Below, piece after piece: positions 51,053 through 61,149 of a DNA stretch of 64,000 nt; the stretch's first letter is position 1; every line of letters begins with the position of its first letter. The position numbers and the translations under genes are program-made. The DNA is from Myxococcota bacterium (GTDB taxonomy: Bacteria; Myxococcota; XYA12-FULL-58-9; JABJBS01). The DNA lies in contig JAYZAY010000011.1 of the NCBI GenBank assembly GCA_036339465.1, forward strand, positions 121,624 to 185,623, given 5' to 3'. The notes below the pieces were generated by a model. That model did no database searches. It had not been told where the DNA came from and worked only from the letters and a program-made list of their open reading frames with translations.

Positions 51053-51344
51053 ATGAAGATCGGGGTTTCGAAGGAAATAGGTTCCGGTGAGAAACACGCG
51101 TGGGGCTGTGGGGCCCGTAAGCGTCACGAAATTGACCAATTTTGGTTTCGACGTTTTGTGCTGGTTGGGTGCGCCGACCATTTGGTTTGTGGGAGTTGCC
51201 GACCATACTCAGGAATCTGAGTCTGTCGTTATTGTACCTGGAGATGCAATGGCGGTTGCTCAGGCCCAATATTTGGTGGACGAATTGTGCGAAATACTCT
51301 ACGGAGGAAAGGGAAGAAAGTACGGTTTGTCATTGATAAGATGA
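51053..51344 (+). pseudogene. Collapsed pntA/pntB (NAD(P) transhydrogenase) remnant
   Basis: GGAGG then MKIGVSKEIGSGE; after a frameshift, PVSVTKLTNFGFDVL (PntA N-terminus) joined to ESVVIVPGDAMAVAQAQYLVDEL...KGKKVRFVI (PntB domain III). Confidence 0.75.
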
Positions 51345-51364
51345 CCACCTAGGTTTCTTTACCA

Positions 51365-51583
51365 TCAAGTTACTTGAATTTCTTGTCCGTCGATTTCAAC
51401 GAGATCTCCAATTTGAATTTTCTTTTTTCGGCGAGTTTCAACCTCGCCATTGAGTTTTACTCGCCCGGTTTGGATCAATATCTTGGCTTCACCACCGGAC
51501 TGGACAATATTTTCGCGTTTTAGGAATCGGTCTAGTTGGAGTACTATGTCGGGAGGATTTTGTGTCATATCAACGTGAACCAA
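51365..51583 (-). CDS. S4-domain RNA-binding protein (YaaA/YbcJ-like)
   Basis: LDRFLK...SGGEAKILI..G.VKLNGEVETRR.KKI..GD. Confidence 0.9.
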   Translation of the reverse strand: MVHVDMTQNPPDIVLQLDRFLKRENIVQSGGEAKILIQTGRVKLNGEVETRRKKKIQIGDLVEIDGQEIQVT

Positions 51584-51602
51584 TATGTGAGCATGGAAAA
51601 TA

Positions 51603-51655
51603 AATCAAGGACGGCGGTGAGCCAGAGAAAAGCACCCACCGCCGTCTATTTGATT
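51603..51655 (-). terminator. Stem-loop directly downstream of flagellin
   Basis: GACGGCGGTG (51610-51619) pairs with CACCGCCGTC (51637-51646); outer AATCAA/TTGATT; T-rich tail on the minus strand. Confidence 0.6.
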
Positions 51656-52484
51656 AAACCAGAAGCGCCAATGCGGTTTGGGGGAGGGCATTGGCCTGGG
51701 CAAGTACGGCGGTACCTGCTTGGGTGAGGATTTGCTTCCGTGTAAATGAGGCAGATTCTTCGGCGATATCTGCGTCTTGAAGACGAGATAAAGAAGCCCC
51801 TTGATTTTCATACAGGGAGCCCAAGTTACTGATAGTCACGGTCAAACGGTTTTGGGTGGCACCAAGTGTGCCCCGTTTTGTATTGATAGACTCCAACGCT
51901 GTGTCCAACGCCGTGATTGCTTTTTGGGCGGCGGTCGCTGCACTCAAACTGTCGTCATTGAGGCCTAATTGGGTTGAGGTTGAACTGGTGATGGTCATGG
52001 AAATCCGGTCGTTTGCCGTATTTCTAAAACCAACTTGGAACGATGTTCCAGCAGAGAGGGCGCCGTTGATCAATTTTGTGCCATTAAATTCAGTCACTTG
52101 AACGATTCGGTCAAGCTCTGATTCTAAAAGCTGAAATTCCTGATTTAGGTACCCACGTTCAGTACTATCCATGGTTCCGTCGTTGGATGCTTGAACTGAA
52201 AGTTCTCGCATCCGGGTGATGATACCTGTGAGCTCTGACATCGCACCGTCGGCAACTTGCACCACGCTGTCTGCATCATTTGCGTTGCGTTGTGCTTGCT
52301 TCATACCGAGCATGTGCGCGCCGAGTTGACTGGCAATTGAACTTCTGGCCGGATCGTCGCCCGCTTTGTTAATGCGGAGACCCGAAGACAGGCGTTCGAT
52401 GGATTGTCCCAAACTGTCTGTGGTTTTTCTAAGGTTTTTTTGCGCCCTGAGGGACGCAATGTTGGTCACGAGTGACACTGTCAT
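51654..52484 (-). CDS. fliC: Flagellin (short, D0/D1 only)
   Basis: TNIASL.AQ, ERLSSGLRINKAGDD, RMRELSVQA, LGATQNRL, DADIAEE, QILTQAGTAVLAQAN. Confidence 0.96.
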   Translation of the reverse strand: MTVSLVTNIASLRAQKNLRKTTDSLGQSIERLSSGLRINKAGDDPARSSIASQLGAHMLGMKQAQRNANDADSVVQVADGAMSELTGIITRMRELSVQASNDGTMDSTERGYLNQEFQLLESELDRIVQVTEFNGTKLINGALSAGTSFQVGFRNTANDRISMTITSSTSTQLGLNDDSLSAATAAQKAITALDTALESINTKRGTLGATQNRLTVTISNLGSLYENQGASLSRLQDADIAEESASFTRKQILTQAGTAVLAQANALPQTALALLV

Positions 52485-52661
52485 GGCTTTGTCCTTCTTT
52501 ATGTGGTGAACCTATAGGTCACCAGTATTGGGGTTTTTATTGGCTCTATGAGGAGCCCCAATTCGGACTAAAGCTATGTTGGCCTGGCGAGCCGGCTTCG
52601 TCCGGAGAATTTGAAAGTCGACCCCCCCATGCGAACATAGAAAAGTGTCCTCTCAGCAATT

Positions 52662-52688
52662 GCATCGACGGACCTGGAGCAAACTTTA
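52662..52688 (-). promoter_or_regulatory. Sigma28 (FliA)-type promoter of flagellin
   Basis: TAAAGTTT-N11-GTCGATGC against consensus TAAAGTTT-N11-GCCGATAA. Confidence 0.8.
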
Positions 52689-52729
52689 GAAAAAAAAGAG
52701 AAGGGGGCGTGATTTTTTTTCTAAAGTTT
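52681..52729. repeat. Perfect 17-bp inverted repeat with 15-bp spacer overlapping the sigma28 -35 box
   Basis: AAACTTTAGAAAAAAAA (52681-52697) and TTTTTTTTCTAAAGTTT (52713-52729). Confidence 0.85.
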
Positions 52730-52772
52730 TAAGTTGTTGAGTTTTAAGAAGTAATTGGCATCTTCTGGCTAC

Positions 52773-53693
52773 TTAAACGGACAATTCAAAGGTCGCTTCA
52801 GCAAAATATTCACAGCCACTTTCAAGGAGGCGAAATCCAAATTCGCTCGAAGCCAATTCGTGGGTCGTTTTACAGGCTAAGATTGTATTTTCACCAGAAT
52901 TGTATGTCCGCATTATCAGCGATCTTTTGATCACTTCACTGATTAGGCTTCGGAGTTCTCGAGGATTACTTCCCGCCATATCTGGAGAGGTGAGTAAGGT
53001 CCATTGTGCGGGAATATTTTGTAGTTTTTCGACGTGGTTACGGATCTCGGTGCATGCCTTAAGGGTATTTTCCTCAATCCGAGCGGTTTGTTTACGCCAC
53101 ATGAGAAGAACGCAGTTTTCCTGGCCTACGACCTCTGCTGCCGTGCGATGCTCACTAAAGAGTGCTCTGAGTTGGTCTGTGTGCTGCTGATTCAGCCCAT
53201 CGCTCGTCTTTTCTAGGGGGGTTCCCACGAGAAATGCGGTGGATTGAATCATGGTACCTTGGGTAATGCCCGATGACTCTTCTTCTCGCCCCGTTTCTTC
53301 GTGACTCAGGACCACCGGAGTGAGTACCACAGTCAATTCAGGTTGTCTTCCGAGCTTAATCCGTTGGCCACTGTGGAGTTCAACTTCGGTACTGGACTCG
53401 ATGCGTAGGCCGTCGAGGAAGGTGCCATTTCTGCTGAGATCTCGAATGTAAAAACGAGCATCGGGGCCTTGGGAAATCACCGTGTGCCACCGACTGATGG
53501 TTTGGTCCTTAAGGTATAAGACACTGCTTGGACGATGGGGTTGAGTGCGGTAGCGCCCAAACTGAATGCGATCGTAGAATGGAAATCGGAGTTCTCGCGC
53601 CGAACCTGGCCAAGCAACAAGCCAAGATTGACCCTCATTTCGAGTGGCTGGGATCATATAGTAGAAATCCCCTTGCTCAATGACTTCCTGCAT
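52773..53693 (-). CDS. FHA-domain protein with possible degenerate nucleotidyl-cyclase-like C-terminus
   Basis: FGR...ISRWH...IRDLSRNGTFLDG FHA motifs. Confidence 0.8.
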   Translation of the reverse strand: MQEVIEQGDFYYMIPATRNEGQSWLVAWPGSARELRFPFYDRIQFGRYRTQPHRPSSVLYLKDQTISRWHTVISQGPDARFYIRDLSRNGTFLDGLRIESSTEVELHSGQRIKLGRQPELTVVLTPVVLSHEETGREEESSGITQGTMIQSTAFLVGTPLEKTSDGLNQQHTDQLRALFSEHRTAAEVVGQENCVLLMWRKQTARIEENTLKACTEIRNHVEKLQNIPAQWTLLTSPDMAGSNPRELRSLISEVIKRSLIMRTYNSGENTILACKTTHELASSEFGFRLLESGCEYFAEATFELSV

Positions 53694-53807
53694 CCCCGAT
53701 TTTTCCTTCCCCCGAAGTCTTCCCGTGCCTTACACCCAGTTCTGATGTCTTAGCCCACCAACTTTCTAGCATTGGATTAAATAGAACACCAGCCAGGCTA
53801 TTTTGGC

Positions 53808-54410
53808 CTATTCGGGACAGATTTCAAGTTTTCCCCCACCGATCTCCAAGAGAATTTTTTCCAGTTCATTCCAATCATGCTCACGAACGGTCAGGCCATA
53901 GGTTACTTTTTCTAGAAACTCGGTTTTTGGGGGTGTCAGCACAAAATTCTTAATCGCGCGGTCGATGTGAGGTTTTAGTGCATAGGGGAAGATTAGTTTT
54001 GCGCTCAGAGTCGCAAATGTTGGCTGAAGGTGTATCTGGGGTAAGCATGCTTGGCTCGCTTGTGTATAGGCCCTAATGAGTCCGCCGACTCCTAACTTGG
54101 TGCCTCCAAAGTAACGAATGACAATCACGCCCGTGCTTTGGAGCTTTAAGCCATGCATAACCTTCAAGATGGGACGCCCAGCTGAGCCGTTTGGCTCACC
54201 ATCATCAGAAAATCGCTCGGCGCCTTTCCTGTCTATCCATGCCCAGCAGTGGTGCCTTGCATCGTTAAACTCTTTTTGAATCCTTCCCAAGGCAGTATCG
54301 AATTCTTTTGGGCTGGAGGCTCCAAAACTATATCCGATAAAGCGGGAGCCCTTGATCTTGGGAATCTCGACCCGGAAATCTTCTCGTAAGGTGAAGTATT
54401 TAGCTTCCAT
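53808..54410 (-). CDS. yigZ: YigZ/IMPACT family protein
   Basis: KGSRF, ARHHCWA, SDDGEPNGSAG, RYFGGTKLGVGGLIRAY. Confidence 0.93.
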   Translation of the reverse strand: MEAKYFTLREDFRVEIPKIKGSRFIGYSFGASSPKEFDTALGRIQKEFNDARHHCWAWIDRKGAERFSDDGEPNGSAGRPILKVMHGLKLQSTGVIVIRYFGGTKLGVGGLIRAYTQASQACLPQIHLQPTFATLSAKLIFPYALKPHIDRAIKNFVLTPPKTEFLEKVTYGLTVREHDWNELEKILLEIGGGKLEICPE

Positions 54411-54499
54411 TGTGGCTCTATTTCCTATGGTCTGACGGTTGATTCATGACACGCTTTTCGCTTATGTCAAGCCGCAGGTAATTCTCTCCTAGGGGGTCA

Positions 54500-56065
54500 G
54501 TGTTGACGGAACTCACTCATTTATCTGCATCGGAAATGTTGGTGCAGTTGAAATCTAAAGAGTGCTCAGCTCGTGAGTTGATAGAAGCGCATATTCGGCG
54601 AATTGAGGCAGTTAACCCCATACTCAATGCTTTGGTTCATACGTTTTTCGATGAGGCCATGGACAAAGCGGCCCAAGCGGACAATCTGCGCTCCAAACGT
54701 AAAAACGTCCCACCGTTGCTGGGCGTTCCGATTACCATTAAGGAGTCTATTGACACCGCAGGTCATGCTTCCACCCTAGGGCTCGAAAATTGGCAATCTA
54801 AAATCGCAGTGAAAGATGCAGTTGTTTGTTCTTTACTCAAAGATGCCGGGGCCATTGTGATTGGCAAAACCAACATTTCTCAAATGCTTCTATTCCATGA
54901 GTCGGACAATCCTATTTGGGGGCCGACCAACAATCCCTGGGACCTTTCACGGGTTCCGGGAGGCTCGAGTGGTGGCGAGGCAGCGGCGATTGCGGCGGGA
55001 ATGTCGCCCTGGGGTGTGGGTACAGATATTGGTGGCTCGATTCGAATTCCAAGTGCTTTTTGCGGTGTGCCTGGTCTAAAGCCAACGGTTGACAGGTGGT
55101 CGAATATGGGGAGCAATGGTGTTGTTTTGGGGCAAGAGGTGATTCGTAGTCAATGCGGTCCAATGGCACGCTCGGCAGATGATATTGCGCTTCTTATGGA
55201 GGTTTTGTCCGCAGACCATTTTGCACAATATGACCCGAATGTTTCTCCCGGAAAACTGCCTAAGCCGAGTAAGGTAAAAACAAATAAGCTGAGAATTGGG
55301 TTCTACGAGGACGATGGCTTCATTCCTGCTTCGGATGCGGTGAAGAGAGCTGTGAGAGAGTCGATTCGAGTCTTCGAGGATTTAGGTGCTGAAGTGGTTC
55401 CATTTCGACCCATCATGGTTGAGGAATTACTTGAGACCTATTTGGCTGCTTTGTCTGCCGACGGCGGGAAGCATATGGAGATCGCCTTAGGCGATGGGCA
55501 GATTATGCCACAGTTGAAAGGGCTTTGGACTATCGTACGGTTACCAAAGGTCGTTCGTCGCTTGGGTACGGAGGTATTAACCCAGTTAGGAGAGCACCGG
55601 GTTGAAAGAGTTCTTCGAAATGTTCGCCCCAAAGATGTTTACGAGCTTTGGCAGCTGACCAAACGGAGAACAGAGATACGTCGTGAAATTTTTCAAACGT
55701 GGAATAATTTTAAGGTGGACGCTATCATTTGCCCAGCCCATGCGACACCCGCCTTGAAACATGGCCAATCCGATGATTTCACACTGGGTGGGTCGTATTC
55801 GATGCGATACAATTTTTTGAATTTCCCAGCAGGATTTGTGTCGGTCACGAAGGTGAAAAGTTCTGAAGTTCATCGCTCTCGGACCACAGATAGAATTGAA
55901 AAGAAAGCAGGTGCTGTTGATGCAGGAAGTGCAGGATTACCAGTGGGGGTTCAGGTTGTCGCACGACCTTTCCGTGAAGACATTGTTTTATCCTTGATGT
56001 CTACGTTAGAGGCCAATCTCAAGGGCGATTCCGATTACCCCCATCTGCCGGTGAGTGTGAACTAA
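54500..56065 (+). CDS. Amidase signature family protein (FAAH-like)
   Basis: GVPITIKE, GGSSGGE, GTDIGGSIRIP: K-S-S triad. Confidence 0.93.
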   Translation: MLTELTHLSASEMLVQLKSKECSARELIEAHIRRIEAVNPILNALVHTFFDEAMDKAAQADNLRSKRKNVPPLLGVPITIKESIDTAGHASTLGLENWQSKIAVKDAVVCSLLKDAGAIVIGKTNISQMLLFHESDNPIWGPTNNPWDLSRVPGGSSGGEAAAIAAGMSPWGVGTDIGGSIRIPSAFCGVPGLKPTVDRWSNMGSNGVVLGQEVIRSQCGPMARSADDIALLMEVLSADHFAQYDPNVSPGKLPKPSKVKTNKLRIGFYEDDGFIPASDAVKRAVRESIRVFEDLGAEVVPFRPIMVEELLETYLAALSADGGKHMEIALGDGQIMPQLKGLWTIVRLPKVVRRLGTEVLTQLGEHRVERVLRNVRPKDVYELWQLTKRRTEIRREIFQTWNNFKVDAIICPAHATPALKHGQSDDFTLGGSYSMRYNFLNFPAGFVSVTKVKSSEVHRSRTTDRIEKKAGAVDAGSAGLPVGVQVVARPFREDIVLSLMSTLEANLKGDSDYPHLPVSVN

Positions 56066-56155
56066 TTTTTCGTAGTTTTGTGGCAAAATCTCGCATCGTC
56101 TTGATTCTATTCTTTAGATTGGTGACACTCATATAGGAGGGGGTCAAAGCGACGA

Positions 56156-59100
56156 ATGTCTATCCATGAGACGACGATTATCTGCCATTTGTGCAAGAAT
56201 CCCAACCCGATTCATCGAGAAACGTGTCTTAATTGTGGTGAGCCCATTGCCGTAGCACCACCCGATACCAATATCGGCACGACCATCAAGGAAAAATACA
56301 AGATAGAGCGGCGACTGGGCGCCGGGGGAATGGGTACAGTTTATCTGGCAAAGCAGTTTCCAATGAAGAGATCCTGCGTTCTAAAACTGCTCAATAAAGA
56401 GGTGATGTCAGATCCTGCAAATGCAAAACGTTTTGAGCGTGAAGCAATTATGTGTTCGAAAATTTGGCACCCCAATGCGGTTCAAATCTACGACTATGAC
56501 TATGCTGAAGACGGTTCTCCTTTTATTGCAATGGAGTACATTAAGGGAATCCCATTTGGTCGAATCATAAAAACAGATTATCCATTTTCGACAGAGCGTA
56601 TCGTTCATATTTTTACGCAGCTTTGTGATGTTTTGGAGGCGGGGCATGTTCGGGGAATTGTTCATCGAGATTTGAAGCCCGACAATGTGATGTTGATGGA
56701 CCTTCCAACGGAGGAAGATTTCGTAAAGTTACTAGATTTTGGTCTGGCGAAGATTGCCGAACCCGGTGATGAAGCCCAAGAGATTACCCAGGCAGGATGG
56801 GCACTGGGGACTCCAAAATATATGTCTCCAGAGCAATGTAGGGGAACTCAGGTTGGGCCTCCTACCGATATTTATGCTTTGGGTGTGTTGCTTTATTATA
56901 CTTGTGCAGGGGTTCTTCCTTTTCAGGCTGACACGATTGCGGCTTTGATGATGAAGCAAGCTACGGAAAAGCCTGTTTCTCCTTCGAGAAGATCCCAGGG
57001 AGGCGTGATCCACCAAAAAATTTAAAAAATGATACTGTGGGCCCTCGAGAAAGACGTAGATGATCGCTTACCCTCGGCACTCGAATTCAAACGACAACTA
57101 CTCTCGGTTTTAGAAGTTACGCCTCCAATGATAAGTGAATCGCCAAAAGCGTTGAGTGTCGAAGCGCTGGTTTTGGACGCAGTCGATAAGGTTTCCGTAG
57201 ATGCTCCTGTTACAAAACAACGACTTTCGGTTCTCGTGGTTGATGCGGGTTGTAATCTGAAGGCTATCGATGACGCGACTGAAGAACGAAAAATAGACTC
57301 TTTTATTGCGGCGCTGGTGAAAAAGTATGGGGGGCAACACAAAAGAATCGCACCAGCCCGCTTTGCGATTGTCATGGAAATGCGTGACAAATTAGGCAAT
57401 GACCCACGTTTGGGTTTGGCATTCGCTTCGAGAATCATAAGTGAATTCGAACACGTGAGTATCGGTATGCACCACGATTGGGTACAGCTATCGGGCAACA
57501 CATTTGTAGGCGGAATTGCGATTGATATTGCGGAGAGAATTGCTCTGAATTGTCCTGCCCAAGGATTTCTTTTGACCGAACCGATACGCGCTTTTAGCAA
57601 AGGGGTTTCTCTCAGAGTGAGTGCTGTTTTTCAGCATAAGGGTATGAGCGCTCCGATTCAGATGTATGAATGTGAAAACCTTGATGACTTAAAGACGCTG
57701 GGTATAGATAGCGACGAGACGAAGCGGGAAACAAATGATTTATCTTTGGTGGATGTGGGATGGCCATTTATTGGGCGTCATCGGTATCAGGATATAATAA
57801 AATCTCTAAACGAGACGCAGGAGGGAGGTCGAGTTTGTTGGCTGGTTGGTTCTCCGGGGGTGGGCAAGAGTCGTGTTTTAGTTGAAATTGTAAAAGCGGA
57901 TCCCAGTCGACAATGGATGTTTCTGAATGCGCGCAATAATGGGGTGATTCGGGCTTTTATTGAGCAAATAGGTGCCGACATATTTGGTGCAGATGTTCGC
58001 GGATTTGTTCGTTGGCTGGGGGGAGGAAAGTTGCCCAAGGAGTATCTCAATTCTACACCAGAGGAGTTAATAAGTGCATCCAGTGGTGTTCTTGCTCGGG
58101 CTGTTCTTACCAAGAGTGCTATGGAACCGGTGGGGCTGATAGTAGATGATTACGATTTAGCGCCTACCCAACTTCGAAAGATTCTGAGGGAGGTTATAGA
58201 CCTTGGACGGAAAAATGAAATCACAGTTATTCTATCGTCAAGAAATGACGCCTCAATTTTAGAGGGAGAGCGCAGAGTTCAACTCTTACCATTAAAGCTT
58301 AACGAATCACACGAACTTATTTCCCTGCTCTCAGGGACCGCAGATATACCGAAAAACATTTTACAAAAGACAGGAGGTAATCCGGGAATTGCGGTTTCAT
58401 TGGCTCGTTTGGTCCGTTCTGGTGTAGAAATCAATAAACTACAGGGGTCGCCCGACTCAAATATTGCAAGACTACTGTCGGATGCTTGGCTAGAAAATCT
58501 CGGTGGACCCATACGAGAAGCAATTTTAGCGCTTGGAATATTGGGGGATGAATTTTCGACTTCAGTTGGTCAAACATTTGTTCGTGATGCATTCAAAAAC
58601 AAGGTTAGTTGGGACGAGCTTACTCATACAGGGATGCTGGAGTTTTCTCCCGATGGTCAATCCGTGAGAGTATCTCTTTTTGAGCTAGGTTCCTTGACCG
58701 AACATTATCTCGAATCGAGTAATCGTTGCACCTACCATAGGATCGCAGCGGGGATCTTTGAACGCTTGGAAGATCTTCCAGAGGTTGCGGCCGAGCACTT
58801 GACCCTGGCAGGAGATCAGGAGCGGGCGATTCAAGTACTGCGACATGGTGCCCATGATTTGGCACAAAGTGGAGAGGGCTTTAGAGCTTTAGAGTGTTTT
58901 CGACGCCTTATTTCAGAAGACTTTAGCCCGCTTAAATCTCAGGATAGCTATATAGAGGACCTACTTTCATGTTCGCGGAGCTGTCGAGAGGTTGGTGATC
59001 TTCGTTTGGCCAAAGATTTGTCGAATCGGCTAGACAAAGTCGCCGACGAGGCAAGAGGGACTCGGTTGGGTCTTGGTGTTTCCACCGAACGGATCCAGCT

Positions 59101-59761
59101 CTGGACTATTCAAGGGAAAACAAAGGAAGTGAGGGGAGGGTTGTTGGAGGTGATGAAACATGCTGAGCGTGAGAAGGATTATGGAGCTTTGGCGTGTTTA
59201 ATGGGGGTTGCTGCAGATCTAAATGAAAAGGAAGGTCAACTTGAGAAATCTGTCGAATTTTCCAAGAAGGCGGTAAGTCTAGCGGGGCGAATTGGGAATG
59301 CGGCGTCGCAAGCTCTAGCGATTGGAGAACTCGGACGTATCGGTCGAGTTCTGTTTAAGTCAAATCAACATGCCACGGCGATGGGTGCCTTCCAGAATCA
59401 GATAGCGATAGCAGAAAAAACGGGAAATTATAAAGAGATTGCCCGGGCGAGAGTTAATATCGGCGTTGTTTTACAACACACAAAGAAATACACCGAAGCT
59501 CTGAGTGCTATGGAGAAAGGCTTTAGCGCAGCTATGCGGGCCGGAGACTTTTTGACTGCGGCGAAGGCTTCTCACAATATGGGCAATGTTTTTGTCTTCC
59601 AGGGCCAGCTTAAGGAGGCACAATCCTATTTTGAAAAGTCACTTGGTCTTTCAGAACAAATGCAGTGGTCTCAAGGTGTGGCTATCAATCATGCTCATTT
59701 AAAGAAACTGGCTTCTAAGGCGAAGGATGCTGGTTTGGGTCACTCTCCACTTTCGAAATGA
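56156..59761 (+). pseudogene. Zn-ribbon / Ser-Thr kinase / cyclase-like / P-loop ATPase / TPR protein split by one in-frame TAA (57023-57025)
   Basis: ORFs 56156-57025 and 57029-59761 share a frame. HQKI*KMILWALEKDVDDRLPSA reads as kinase subdomain XI. Also HRDLKPDN, DFG, GSPGVGKS and C-terminal TPRs. Confidence 0.8.
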
Positions 59762-59857
59762 TTTTCGGATGGGCTCAATTGGTGAATTGGGATAGTTAGA
59801 GTTTTGGCCGATATTGAGTGATTACTCGGCGCCCATGGCTTTTCGGGATTTCCTGAA

Positions 59858-61129
59858 CTAGGCGAGAAAGAACGAACTTACGTTCAAGTTAAGATTTTCA
59901 CTTTCGAGTGATCGCTTGACCGATATTTCCGGTTCAAGACTGAGGTCTAAGCGGGTGTCTGCGGAAAACTGGTCTTCTCCACTATTGAGAAGTTGAATGA
60001 TGGGTTGGTCTAGTTCTCGCCCATCGGCGGGTATTTCTAAAACAACGGCGATTCTCCCATTTGAGAGTTCTACCAACGATCCAATAGGGTAGGTGCCGAG
60101 GGTATGAGCTAAGAGGTTCAACAATTCTCCTCTGGTGCCGCCGGTTGATTTGGCTTCAAGCAACCTTAACGCTTCGTCGGGACGTTGGGGGTGTGGTTGA
60201 AAAGTTGGTGTTGTGAGGTACATATAATCGGATGTTAGGCCGATGAGCTGGCTTGTGAGTGAGCCATTTGGATTGGCTAGCTGAGCAAGATGAGCAATTC
60301 GTATTCTGGCTAGACTATCGAATTGATAGAGGGCAGATAGTTGTCGAAGGGTATGCGCGAGGTCTCGGTGCTTGGTGGTATCTAGGTCATGTAGGCAGGC
60401 AGTAAATCCAATACTCGCAGTGTGACTCAATGTAGTGCCGATGCGACGCGCTAAAGTAATAGATAAAATGGATGTGTTAAGGAGAAAAGTTGCCAGCTCC
60501 TCACGATGCAATGGTTGCCGGGTGAGGCCAAGCATGGTGCTGGGGTTGTCATGGGATAAAGAGGTGATTTGCTGTATTGCTAGTCGCAGTTTGGGAAGAT
60601 GTGATGATTTTGTGTCAAGCCCAGCATGTAGGAATTTTGTTAGGTATGCCAACGTGGTTAAGTAGGTGTGGAGGCATTGTAGATAAGGTGGAAGGTGGAT
60701 GTCTGTACTCGGGGACGGCTGAATTTGGATCCTTGGATTATTGAGGTTATGTAGGTACTCGGCTCCGTTTGTGAGTGTCGTCGCGTGGCGAATATGCATA
60801 GATAGCTCAGAAACGTCTTCCAATAGAAGCTCGGGGGAAAATTGGATTTGTCCGATACCGTATTTTTTTCGAAAACTTTCGAGTTTTGTCAGTTGGCCAA
60901 AGAAGCTTCTCTCTAGTTTGACTGGGGCATCATTGATAGAAACGAAATACGTATGCAATTGAAATTGTACTACAGTATTGCCCGACTTAAGGTGAAGGAA
61001 GTTGTCGTAAAACGACTGAAAGAGATTTTGCATCGTACGATTATCATCGTCGTGGATCGAGATATTCTGGAGTATGGCAAGCAGAAACCGTGTTGCGGAA
61101 TGTGCTTGTGGAGTCGATGAAAGATGCAT
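59858..61129 (-). CDS. Degenerate HD-GYP-like domain protein
   Basis: ACLHDLD, YPIGSLVELSNGRIAVV tail typical of HD-GYP proteins; no GYP motif. Confidence 0.65.
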   Translation of the reverse strand: MHLSSTPQAHSATRFLLAILQNISIHDDDNRTMQNLFQSFYDNFLHLKSGNTVVQFQLHTYFVSINDAPVKLERSFFGQLTKLESFRKKYGIGQIQFSPELLLEDVSELSMHIRHATTLTNGAEYLHNLNNPRIQIQPSPSTDIHLPPYLQCLHTYLTTLAYLTKFLHAGLDTKSSHLPKLRLAIQQITSLSHDNPSTMLGLTRQPLHREELATFLLNTSILSITLARRIGTTLSHTASIGFTACLHDLDTTKHRDLAHTLRQLSALYQFDSLARIRIAHLAQLANPNGSLTSQLIGLTSDYMYLTTPTFQPHPQRPDEALRLLEAKSTGGTRGELLNLLAHTLGTYPIGSLVELSNGRIAVVLEIPADGRELDQPIIQLLNSGEDQFSADTRLDLSLEPEISVKRSLESENLNLNVSSFFLA

Positions 61130-61149
61130 GCTCTATTTTCCAATATCTA

